Below are positions 10,195 through 18,090 of a stretch of DNA of 64,000 nucleotides, one piece after another (positions within the stretch are counted from its first letter, which is position 1; the number at the start of each line of letters is the position of its first letter). Origin of the DNA: Candidatus Omnitrophota bacterium. Lineage in GTDB: Bacteria; Omnitrophota; Gorgyraeia; Aquiviventales; Aquiviventaceae. Below the pieces are notes generated by a model that searched no databases, had not been told where the DNA came from, and was given only the letters and a program-made list of their open reading frames with translations. The translations under genes and the position numbers were made by a program. The stretch lies in NCBI GenBank assembly GCA_023247255.1, contig JAHFGV010000001.1:22464-86463 (forward strand). Reading direction: 5' to 3'.

Positions 10195-11112
10195 TCAAAG
10201 ACACAGGCATTGGTCACGTAGCCGTTTGGGATCGTTGGTGAAAAACCCATCGACGCCCCATCGCAGGAGCTGGCGAGCCTGTTTGGGTTCATCGATCGTC
10301 CATGCATGAACTCGGAGTCCGATGGTGTGCGCTTTTTCAATGCGTGTGGGGTTCAGCAAGGAATGAAACGGATGCCATGCCTTGCAACGAAGCCGGACAG
10401 CCTGTCGTAGCGAGGAATCTGGGTAATGACGACAAATCAGCGCCAAGGCAAGACCGGTTCCTTGGAGGCCCTCAAGCAATGCGGGATCAAAAGATGAAAG
10501 AAGCAGACGTTTCTTCAAAGACGCCGATGCGATTATCTGCAGGATTCGATTCAACAAGGCCTTACGCTTCGAGGTCCGTTTCAATTCGAGATTGATTCCC
10601 ATCCAGGATGGCACATAACGAAGTGCTTGCGAGAGTAATAAAATCCTTTGTTTTTTGAATCGCGGATGAAACCAACAGCCCGCGTCCAATTGAGCTAACT
10701 TAGAATAAGGGGTGCGTCCAATGTGCCCTCGGCCGTTGGTGGTCCGCTCCAATCGCTCGTCATGGAAAATAATGAGCTCGCCATCAAAGGTCATCTGAAC
10801 ATCTAATTCCACCATATCGGCTCTGGCTTGTGCAGCGCATCGAATGGCCGCTCGGGTACCTTCAGGAGCGACGGCAGAAGCTCCTCGATGAGCGATAATC
10901 CAAGGAAACGTTTTGGGGCTACGGCCTATGGCCTGGATATCCCAAGTCCGCCATTGCGCCACGGCCGAAAGCGGTGGGCGGACACGGCAGTCAGCAGCCA
11001 ATGGGTAGACGGGATGTCGCCCCACGCGAGGCGGAGTTGCCGGTGCCACAGGCTCATCCTGTGGGACCCCCCTTTTAGGAGATGCGTGCGACCTTGTCTG
11101 TGCGCTTGGCAT
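10195..11112 (-). CDS. Glycerophosphodiester phosphodiesterase (GlpQ/UgpQ family) with repeat-derived N-terminus
   Basis: IIAHRGAS, VELDVQMT, HDERLERTTNG, NLELK, HAWTID, GVDGFFTN; start uncertain. Confidence 0.88.
   Translation of the reverse strand: MPSAQTRSHASPKRGVPQDEPVAPATPPRVGRHPVYPLAADCRVRPPLSAVAQWRTWDIQAIGRSPKTFPWIIAHRGASAVAPEGTRAAIRCAAQARADMVELDVQMTFDGELIIFHDERLERTTNGRGHIGRTPYSKLAQLDAGCWFHPRFKKQRILLLSQALRYVPSWMGINLELKRTSKRKALLNRILQIIASASLKKRLLLSSFDPALLEGLQGTGLALALICRHYPDSSLRQAVRLRCKAWHPFHSLLNPTRIEKAHTIGLRVHAWTIDEPKQARQLLRWGVDGFFTNDPKRLRDQCLCL
10948..11070 (+). repeat. Modular palindromic repeat, copy 1 (within GDPD 5' coding region)
   Basis: ccgccattgcgccacggccgaa...gacacggcagt...gggatgtcgccccac...gccggtgccacaggctcatcctgtggg. 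Confidence 0.9.
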
Positions 11113-11631
11113 ACCAGACCTTGGCTGCGGAACCTTCACGAATCGCCAGCTCGATGAATCCGTGCGAACCCACCACAGCAACCAACTTTCTCGCAGGTCC
11201 TTCTGAATATGATGATACCACACTCAAGCGGTTTCGTTTGTATTCAACGGGTTCCATTTCAACACCGCCGATTTCTCGGGGCAAAGCGAAGCTACTAGGG
11301 CTTCCCACTCCGGAATCGACGACACCGACGAAAACGGTTTTGGGTGGGAACCAGCGAAAGGTGTAGGCTAGCGTAAAGGCTCCTGCAAAAATGTCTAGGG
11401 GGGGATTTCATGCGTGATGTCAATCAATCGGGCGGCGGGACAGCGCGAAAGGGTGACTGCCTCGAGGCAGGCAACGTACCCATCTCGCGTCCCAAAGTCA
11501 CTCAGCAAAGCGATCAAGGGCTGAGATTTGAACGGGAAGATGGCGGGTTCGGGTAAGCTGCTGTTTTGTGGAGTCCCACGGCCAGAGGCCATGGCCCGAT
11601 GGCGGGGTCGACGCACTCGATGTTCGTCCAA
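11075..11631 (-). pseudogene. SAM hydroxide adenosyltransferase / chlorinase-fluorinase family (DUF62) pseudogene
   Basis: IALLSDFGTRDGYV...DITHEIPP, then a 1-nt frameshift at the C7 run (~11397) to DIFAGAFTL...VGVVDSGVG, large internal deletion, then GSHGFIELAIREGSAA; start uncertain. Confidence 0.85.
11567..11612 (-). repeat. Modular palindromic repeat, compact copy 2
   Basis: gtggagtcccacgg...ggcccgatggcggggtcgac contains both termini of the family in reverse orientation. Confidence 0.7.
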
Positions 11632-11633
11632 AA

Positions 11634-12005
11634 TTATTCGAACGATTCCGGCGCTGTTTTCTGGGAAAGACGTCGATGGACAAATTGCGCGATGACATTA
11701 CGATCCTTCGCCAGAAGCTCAGTGAAGAAAATGGCTACGTCATAACTGCCATGTTCGAGGGAAGTCATCCGAGATTCCACGCGCACGACGACTCCAATAC
11801 AACGGATGCTGGCCGAGTGACTATTCAAAGACAACCCAAACTGGATCGTCAGTTTGGACATGGGTGCAATGAACTTATCAACCATACAACAGACTCCCGA
11901 GGTGCTCAGGTTGTGCATCTTCGCCGTGAAATCGGCATTGGCATCGCTCAAGACAATCGATGTCTGTCCGCTTACTCGGGGACTGCTCCGTCGCTCTGGA
12001 GTCAT
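11634..12005 (-). CDS. PilZ-domain protein (putative c-di-GMP receptor)
   Basis: ERRSSPR (RxxxR) and NLSTSG ([D/N]xSxxG), GVVVR. Confidence 0.85.
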   Translation of the reverse strand: MTPERRSSPRVSGQTSIVLSDANADFTAKMHNLSTSGVCCMVDKFIAPMSKLTIQFGLSLNSHSASIRCIGVVVRVESRMTSLEHGSYDVAIFFTELLAKDRNVIAQFVHRRLSQKTAPESFE

Positions 12006-12043
12006 TCTGGGCACATTTTGTTGAGTTTTAAAACCAGGCACAT

Positions 12044-12394
12044 TCAACCCGGCGGCCATAACATTTTTCTTCCCCCAAGCAAGTGGACATGGAAGTGATC
12101 GACGCTCTGTCCTGCCTGAAGGCCACAATTTACCACCAAACGGTATCCCGTTTGACTGAGTTGGTGTTCTTTGGCAATGCGATTCGCCATGTGAATGGCG
12201 TTGCCGATTAAAAGGGTATGGCGCTCTGTCAACTGAGCGACGCTCGGAATATGCTCAATCGGAATGATCAACATATGTGTAGGGGCTTGAGGATGGATGT
12301 CTTTAAAAGCGAGCAGACCATCAGCCTCTTCCACGATATCAGCTTTTAGCTGCCGATTCGCGATTCGGCAAAAGAGACAGTCGTTGTCCATCAA
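12044..12394 (-). CDS. hinT: Histidine triad (HIT) nucleotide-binding protein
   Basis: DCLFCRI, AFKDIHPQAPTH, GQSVDHFHVHLLGGR. Confidence 0.93.
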   Translation of the reverse strand: MMDNDCLFCRIANRQLKADIVEEADGLLAFKDIHPQAPTHMLIIPIEHIPSVAQLTERHTLLIGNAIHMANRIAKEHQLSQTGYRLVVNCGLQAGQSVDHFHVHLLGGRKMLWPPG

Positions 12395-12411
12395 TGGGGT
12401 TAGACTGACGG

Positions 12412-12576
12412 CTACTGGGCTGGAGCTTGAGAGGCACTTGCCTCAGCGCCTTTCTCTTTGGCTGTCTTCCATGCCCGTTTGTTGTAAAAGTATTTTCCAT
12501 CACGATAATACCAGGACTTGCGACGCAATCGTTTTCCAGACTGTGCACAAGTAGCGGATCGATTATGAGCGGCCAT
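12412..12576 (-). CDS. Small basic protein, 54 aa (not in ORF track)
   Basis: MAAHNRSATCAQSGKRLRRKSWYYRDGKYFYNKRAWKTAKEKGAEASASQAPAQ; AAGGAGG upstream; fills the gap between neighbours. Confidence 0.7.
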   Translation of the reverse strand: MAAHNRSATCAQSGKRLRRKSWYYRDGKYFYNKRAWKTAKEKGAEASASQAPAQ

Positions 12577-12578
12577 CG

Positions 12579-13286
12579 TTAGCCATCCTCCTTCGTCAGT
12601 TTTCTGGGTAGGTCACCCAATGGACAGTGATCGCAGTCAGGGTTCTTCCGTTGGCAGTAACGCTTTCCCACTGCGACTAGCAAGGCGTGGAACTCATTAT
12701 AAAGCGATACGCTGTGTGTCCACCCCGACATTGCGCCACGGCCGAAAGCCTTCATTACGAGCCGTTGAATGGTTTCATAAGTGGCGGTGCCGTCGATGAC
12801 TCCATGCCGACGAAACACTCTTCGAGTGTAGGCATCGACGGCAAATACCGGTTGCTGGCCAGCGTACAGGAGTATACAATCCGCCGTTTCAGGACCAATT
12901 CCCCGCAGGGCTAGAAGCTCCTGGCGCAAGATCTGCCACGGTCTTTGGAACATCCGTGACGGACGTCCCCCATAACGGTGGATATACCACTGAGTAAACG
13001 CGCGCAATCGTTGAGTCTTTTGACGGAAATATCCCGCCGGCCGAATCAGTCGTTGGAGCCTGAGAATCGGCAATCTTAACAATCCTTCAGCAGACAATGC
13101 CTGAGCTTGTTTCAACTGACTGATCGCCCGTTGGACATTACGCCAGTTCGTCGCCTGCGTCAGGATGGCACCAACCATCATTTCAAAAGGGCTCTTGGCT
13201 GGCCACCAGTGTTGAGGCCCAAAGGCTTTTGCGAGTCGCTGATAAATGACGGATACCGATACTGCTTTCCGGTTTTGGCTCGGCAT
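12579..13286 (-). CDS. Endonuclease III-related HhH-GPD glycosylase with Fe-S motif
   Basis: WWPAKSPFEMMVGAILTQ, GIGPETAD, VDAYTRR, CxxxxxxCxxC. Confidence 0.9.
   Translation of the reverse strand: MPSQNRKAVSVSVIYQRLAKAFGPQHWWPAKSPFEMMVGAILTQATNWRNVQRAISQLKQAQALSAEGLLRLPILRLQRLIRPAGYFRQKTQRLRAFTQWYIHRYGGRPSRMFQRPWQILRQELLALRGIGPETADCILLYAGQQPVFAVDAYTRRVFRRHGVIDGTATYETIQRLVMKAFGRGAMSGWTHSVSLYNEFHALLVAVGKRYCQRKNPDCDHCPLGDLPRKLTKEDG
12721..12750 (+). repeat. Modular palindromic repeat, short copy 3 (in-frame, encodes AFGRGAMSGW)
   Basis: caccccgacattgcgccacggccgaaagcc matches the left end of the family. Confidence 0.8.
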
Positions 13287-13362
13287 TTCTAACGGTTCAA
13301 TGAGAGCACAAGGCCTTCTCTACTGCACTGCCATGCATGATCGGTTTAGTTTGTTCGCTTTC

Positions 13363-13461
13363 TCAAAGGCTCAAAAACCAATGGTAAGCAAGCGCTAAGG
13401 ACAGCCCGATGGTCAGACCAAGCAAAAGATCCGTGATCCGAGGATTAAAGATGGGAAACAC
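13363..13461 (-). CDS. Small hydrophobic membrane protein, 32 aa
   Basis: GTG start, MFPIFNPRITDLLLGLTIGLSLALAYHWFLSL, SD AGGAG upstream, own promoter candidate. Confidence 0.55.
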   Translation of the reverse strand: MFPIFNPRITDLLLGLTIGLSLALAYHWFLSL

Positions 13462-13514
13462 GATACTTCTCCTAATGATGATGCGTTGATACAGGGTATG
13501 CACTCAGAGAGATT

Positions 13515-13544
13515 AGTGTAGCGAATCTCATCGACGAGGGTCAA
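13515..13544 (-). promoter_or_regulatory. Sigma70-like promoter candidate for 32-aa ORF
   Basis: TTGACC-18 nt-TACACT on minus strand. Confidence 0.45.
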
Positions 13545-13557
13545 GTAGAATTTATCG

Positions 13558-13590
13558 AAAAAAGAGGCTGCCCTTGCGCCTGGGCAGCCC
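13558..13590 (-). terminator. Intrinsic terminator after 51-aa ORF
   Basis: ggctgccc-N8-gggcagcc stem followed by T7 run on minus strand. Confidence 0.7.
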
Positions 13591-13617
13591 CTGTGCGTTA
13601 ATTGCCTGTTCCTGGGA

Positions 13618-13773
13618 TTAAGTAATCACTTTGAAGTAACGCAACCCAAGAACGATCGAGAGCACAACGAGCACGAGTTGATATTGAGCAAGGGGATGAT
13701 AGAGCCCGATCAATCCCCCTAGTACAATGCCTGTGAAGATATCCACCATACGTTCGTGTTTTAATCCCTTCAT
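13618..13773 (-). CDS. Small two-helix membrane protein, 51 aa
   Basis: MKGLKHERMVDIFTGIVLGGLIGLYHPLAQYQLVLVVLSIVLGLRYFKVIT; strong SD AAGGAGGT; promoter upstream and terminator downstream. Confidence 0.7.
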   Translation of the reverse strand: MKGLKHERMVDIFTGIVLGGLIGLYHPLAQYQLVLVVLSIVLGLRYFKVIT

Positions 13774-13854
13774 GGTCTCAATCACCTCCTTCTTGTAGAC
13801 TTTTGTCTAGATCTAAAACCCCGTTCATCCTCCTAGTGAACGGTTGACAGCCAG

Positions 13855-13888
13855 AATAACTATACCACAGTCTAGTTATTTTTTCAAA
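13855..13888 (-). promoter_or_regulatory. Promoter with overlapping palindrome
   Basis: TTGAAA...TGnTATAGT on minus strand; aataacta-N11-tagttatt inverted repeat over the spacer and -10. Confidence 0.5.
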
Positions 13889-13991
13889 TATTACTTAAAA
13901 TATGATTAATATACAGACATATGTTGCCTTATTTTAACCCTGATGACCCAGAGTCTGACGGAGTCAAGACTGCGCCTAGTACTGTGTCATG

Positions 13992-14093
13992 GTCGATGTG
14001 TCATGAGTCATGGAAAGCAAAAGGAGCACTTTGGCCATGCTTGAGATGGCTGTTTATTTTCTGCTTTTTCATGACACATGACACAATATCGAC
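13992..14093. repeat. Inverted heptamer repeat (TGTCATG / CATGACA)
   Basis: gtcgatgtgtcatgagtcatggaaagcaaaa ... ttttctgctttttcatgacacatgacacaatatcgac. Confidence 0.65.
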
Positions 14094-14108
14094 AAGAGGC
14101 GGACGAGT

Positions 14109-15196
14109 CAGGGCCATCGCATCTAAATTTGTAGGAGGATCTGCGCAAGGTGGTCCGTATCACAGGCGGCACGCAGACGTCTGACCTTGATGCCGTCTTT
14201 GCGTGAGGTTTCGCGCTTCAGGAGATTGAGAGCCACACGCCGCAGGAGAGCGAGATTTTCTGGGACATGCTGTTTGCGGACCCGAGAGAGATTCTCACCG
14301 AAGCACACATCGAAGGTCCAGTGCAGAGCGTTTTCGATGGACCAGTGTGCACGCACCGCTTCGGCAAAGCGCGGCAGCTCAGTCTCTGGCAAGCTCAAGA
14401 GGTAGTAACGTCGTTGGGTCTGAGTAGAGCCGTTAGCCGTCTGTTGAGCTTCGACCATGTCGTGACCCAATCATCGAGGCAGGTGCGGACTTCCTCAAAG
14501 GCCGTTTCGTGATTGCCTTTGAGTGCCAGGACATAGTCGGCCTTCGCCGTGGTGATATCCTGGGCGATCGATTTTTGGGTCCCCAGCGCATCGATGGTGA
14601 CAATACATCCTGCCAGATCGAGCAGTTGCAGCAAGTGCGGGATGGCAGTGATCTCGTTGGAGTGCTCGGCACTCTTCATCTGGCCCAGGACCACTCGATT
14701 CTTGAAGGCCCAGGCACTCACCAGGTGCGGTGCTCTCCAGCTGCGCGATCGAACGAACGCCGCAGCGTCTTGCCATCGATGGCCACCCCGTCGCCATCGG
14801 TAGCACTGCTGATGTATCGAATCCAATAGAGGCAGCACTGTTGAAATGCGCGGGGATCCAGTAAAGCAAAGACGCTGCCAAAGGTATCCTGTGAGGGAAT
14901 CCCGTTGGGCAACTTGAGGAGCCCTCGAAGCCAGGCCTCCTTGGCCTTGCCGAATTCCTCCACCTCCACCCAAGAATCGGCTCCGCAGATTATGGCGCAG
15001 AGCGCGATCACAATAATCTCCAACAGGTCATGGCGTTTGGTACGGTCAATCCTCGGGTCTTTCAATGATTGAGAAGTGATGGAAGATATCCGCTGGAGAG
15101 CGCTGGAGCATCGCACCTGCTCTCTGGTCTGTCATCGCAAAGAAGCTATTATCGCAACTCCTTTTCGCTAGAGAAAGTTAAGATGCGATGGCCTTG
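14109..15196 (-). mobile_element. ISAs1-family insertion sequence (defective)
   Basis: 16-bp terminal IRs CAGGGCCATCGCATCT / AGATGCGATGGCCTTG (1 mismatch); perfect 10-bp target duplication GCGGACGAGT at 14099..14108 and 15197..15206. Confidence 0.93.
14123..15111 (-). pseudogene. ISAs1 transposase pseudogene
   Basis: DPR...NGIPSQDTF...AIDGKTLR / HLVSAW...NEITAIP...DYVLALKGN / RAHWSIENALHW split across frames, with an internal deletion. Confidence 0.92.
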
Positions 15197-15215
15197 GCGG
15201 ACGAGTTACATTTGC

Positions 15216-15243
15216 TTGACAGGACTTGGTGATGCGCTACAAT
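15216..15243 (+). promoter_or_regulatory. Sigma70-like promoter for exeA-like operon
   Basis: TTGACA-16 nt-TACAAT. Confidence 0.55.
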
Positions 15244-15267
15244 GTTGATAATTTTCCTCACTCACTG

Positions 15268-15396
15268 CACCCCGCCGTCGGGCACAGGCCTTAGGCCATG
15301 AGCCCAGTTGGCTGGATTCAACGAGCCGGGGGGTGGGATGTCGCCCCACGCGGGGCGTGTTCTTGGATGTCACGGGCTTACCCGTGGGGCTCCACA
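15268..15396 (+). repeat. Modular palindromic repeat, copy 4 (leader of exeA-like gene)
   Basis: accccgccgtcgggc...gcccagttgg...gggatgtcgccccac...cacgggcttacccgtggggctccaca. Confidence 0.85.
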
Positions 15397-15400
15397 AAAC

Positions 15401-16219
15401 ATGTATCTTGACTTCCTAGGCTTGAAGGAAAAACCCTTCACCATTACGGCCGACCCCGCGTTTGTCTTTCTTTCCAAAAAACACCGCGAAGCCCTCTCCC
15501 ACATGATCTATGGTATTCGGGAACGAAAAGGATTTGTCGAGATTACGGGGGAGGTCGGGACCGGTAAAACGACTCTCTGCAAGATGTTGTTGCGCCAACT
15601 GGAGCCAACTACAAAAACTGCTTTGATCCTTCATTCCAACCTTTCGGAGCTCCAGTTGCTCCAAACCATCGTTCAGGATTTTGGTCTGAATCCGATGCGT
15701 CCGACTCGTGTGAATCTCTTTAACCAATTAAACCAATTTCTGTTGGAACAAGCGGCTGTAGGACACAATATCGTTCTTGTCTTAGACGAGGCACAGAATC
15801 TTAGCCTCAGGCTTCTCGAGCAGATTCGGATGCTTTCCAATTTTGAAACCGATAAAGAAAAATTAATCCAGGTAATCCTGGTAGGCCAACCGCAATTGCG
15901 AGCAAAACTTGCCCAACCGGCCTTGGAACAGCTCCGTCAACGAATTGGGGTGCGCTATCATATCACCCCTTTAGACTTGGATGAGGTGGCTACCTACATT
16001 GGCCATCGTCTTAAAATTGCTGGGTCCAATGGTTCTCTGGATTGGACGTCGGAAAGTATCGATGAGGTGTACCGTTGCTCTAAGGGAATTCCGCGATTGA
16101 TCAATCTGATCTGCGACCGCACGCTGCTTGCCTGTTATGTATTTCGAGTCAAGCGAGTGGATCGGGAACTGGTCAAACGCAGTTACCAAGAATTAGAGGG
16201 AAGGGTGCTTGAAGGATAG
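15401..16219 (+). CDS. ExeA/GspA-like AAA ATPase
   Basis: MYLDFLGLKEKPF, GEVGTGKT, LVLDEAQNL, GQPQL, GIPRLINLICD. Confidence 0.92.
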   Translation: MYLDFLGLKEKPFTITADPAFVFLSKKHREALSHMIYGIRERKGFVEITGEVGTGKTTLCKMLLRQLEPTTKTALILHSNLSELQLLQTIVQDFGLNPMRPTRVNLFNQLNQFLLEQAAVGHNIVLVLDEAQNLSLRLLEQIRMLSNFETDKEKLIQVILVGQPQLRAKLAQPALEQLRQRIGVRYHITPLDLDEVATYIGHRLKIAGSNGSLDWTSESIDEVYRCSKGIPRLINLICDRTLLACYVFRVKRVDRELVKRSYQELEGRVLEG

Positions 16220-16270
16220 TGTGACAGAAGCGACCCACGGGCAGGCCCGTGCTCTTAAAAGGAGGATTCC

Positions 16271-16930
16271 ATGAGTTTGATTGAGGAAGCCCTGCGTCGG
16301 TTGCAGGATCCAAATCCCAACGTGCCTCAGACAGAACCCGCAAAGAGCAAAACTCAATCGGTTCCTCATCATGACATCCCCACTCATCCTTCCTGGTCTG
16401 TGAGCTCAACGTCTCTGGGAAGGCTGCCAGATCCTTCAATCTTAAAACCGAGTAGGGTCCCTGTATTTGTGGGAGGACTTATCCTAGCATCGATGTTAGT
16501 GTTGCTCATTGCGGGGGCTTTCTGGATAGGGCGGGTATTGGGGCAGCAGCACTCGCAAGGCAATGCACCACAAGCAGAAACTACACTCATGGCGATTTCC
16601 CCTTCCGTAGGTGCGACACAACCGGCCTTAACGCTGGATGGTAAACGGGAACAAGCAAAGGCGCTGGAAGATCCGGCTAAAGGAAGTTCCACCCCTTCCA
16701 TCACCGAGCGTCCCTTTCGGATGAGCACGTCGTCACGTAAGGCTTCAGACCGTTCTTGGATTCTAAATGGCGTGATGGAAGGTCGGGGGCAACCTTATGC
16801 GATGATTAATGGGACGATTTTGGGTATCGGAGATCGTATTGGGGATGCAACTCTACTGAATATTGCGGATGGTTCAGTGATTTTGCGGGAAGACAATGGA
16901 GGGGAAACTACCCTAAAGGTTACTCCATAA
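16271..16930 (+). CDS. ExeB/GspB-like single-pass membrane protein
   Basis: MSLIEEALRR N-terminus, one TM segment, C-terminal LNGVM...AMING...GDRI; follows exeA-like gene. Confidence 0.7.
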   Translation: MSLIEEALRRLQDPNPNVPQTEPAKSKTQSVPHHDIPTHPSWSVSSTSLGRLPDPSILKPSRVPVFVGGLILASMLVLLIAGAFWIGRVLGQQHSQGNAPQAETTLMAISPSVGATQPALTLDGKREQAKALEDPAKGSSTPSITERPFRMSTSSRKASDRSWILNGVMEGRGQPYAMINGTILGIGDRIGDATLLNIADGSVILREDNGGETTLKVTP

Positions 16931-16964
16931 CTCCTCAAATTATGGGAGATGAATTTTATAAATT

Positions 16965-18086
16965 CTATTTCCTTCCGCGCATCTTTCCTGTCCTGAGATA
17001 GTTAGCCAGAACCCTTCGGACGACTTTATCAGGGACATTCTCTGTCACCACTACTTTACCGATGCGAGTTGGCAAGACCCACCGAGGCCGTCCATGAATG
17101 AATTTTTTATCATACTCCAGCGCCTGAAGCACGCAGCGATGATCGACATTTTCGGCGACGGTGGGTAGGCCAGCGCGGCGGATGAGTTGAGCCAGGCGTT
17201 GAAAGTCCGATTCGGGGAGAAGTTTCAATTGGACACTGATGTGTGCCGCTGCACACATCCCTATGGCAATGGCTTCTCCGTGCGTCCACCGACGGTAATG
17301 GGTAGCAGCTTCCAAGGCATGTCCCAAGGTATGGCCGAAGTTGAGGTGGGCACGCAGATCCGATACCTCTCGTTCATCCCGTGAAACCACTTGGGCTTTG
17401 ATCGCGCATGAACGCGCCACCATGAACTGGAGAGCTTGGGCCTGAAGCGAAAGGCACTCTTCGAGGTGCTTTTCTAGGAAAGAAAACAAGCGGGGATCTG
17501 CAATCACCCCGTATTTGATGATTTCGGCGAGGCCCGACTGACGTTGACGCCAAGGCAGGCTCTGAAGGATACCGAGGTGGTTGTACACAAGGCGCGGTTG
17601 ATAGAAACAACCCACCAGGTTTTTGGCAAAAGGAAGATCCACCCCGACCTTTCCACCGATTGCTGAGTCCACCTGAGCCAGAAGCGTCGTAGGCAGTTGG
17701 ACGTAAGGAATTCCTCGACGAAATACCGCAGCCACAAATCCTGCCAGATCGCCGATAACCCCTCCCCCGAAAGCAAAAAGCACCGGAACGTGCATCCGGG
17801 CTTGATGGGAAAGCGCTTCGGTCAACCGCCGCGCCATAGCCAAAGATTTGGAAGACTCCGATTCAGGGACACAGAGGCTGTGGAGGGTCCATCCGTTGTC
17901 CTGAAGAGGGCCAAGCAATGCTCGTGCGTAGCGTCGAAGCAGTCGAGGATGTGACACTACCCATCCTTGTTTGGAAAGCGACAAGGATGACAGTTGTGTC
18001 GGCAGTTGCTTATAAGAATCCGAGATGAAAATTGGATACGAGCGCAACCCCAAGGATACAACGATGGGCTTTGCCACTAGGGACAT
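16965..18086 (-). CDS. aroB: 3-dehydroquinate synthase
   Basis: GGGVIGDLAGF, PTTLLAQVDSAIGGK, LNFGHTLGHALE. Confidence 0.96.
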   Translation of the reverse strand: MSLVAKPIVVSLGLRSYPIFISDSYKQLPTQLSSLSLSKQGWVVSHPRLLRRYARALLGPLQDNGWTLHSLCVPESESSKSLAMARRLTEALSHQARMHVPVLFAFGGGVIGDLAGFVAAVFRRGIPYVQLPTTLLAQVDSAIGGKVGVDLPFAKNLVGCFYQPRLVYNHLGILQSLPWRQRQSGLAEIIKYGVIADPRLFSFLEKHLEECLSLQAQALQFMVARSCAIKAQVVSRDEREVSDLRAHLNFGHTLGHALEAATHYRRWTHGEAIAIGMCAAAHISVQLKLLPESDFQRLAQLIRRAGLPTVAENVDHRCVLQALEYDKKFIHGRPRWVLPTRIGKVVVTENVPDKVVRRVLANYLRTGKMRGRK

Positions 18087-18090
18087 CGAG

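Noticed and set aside
11395-11404. Programmed frameshift or stop readthrough in the DUF62 gene
   Set aside because: The continuation is in another frame and the gene also lacks a large central part, so decay is the simpler explanation
12339-12548. 69-aa ORF in the track
   Set aside because: Overlaps hinT; the alternative 54-aa frame has an SD and fits the gap cleanly
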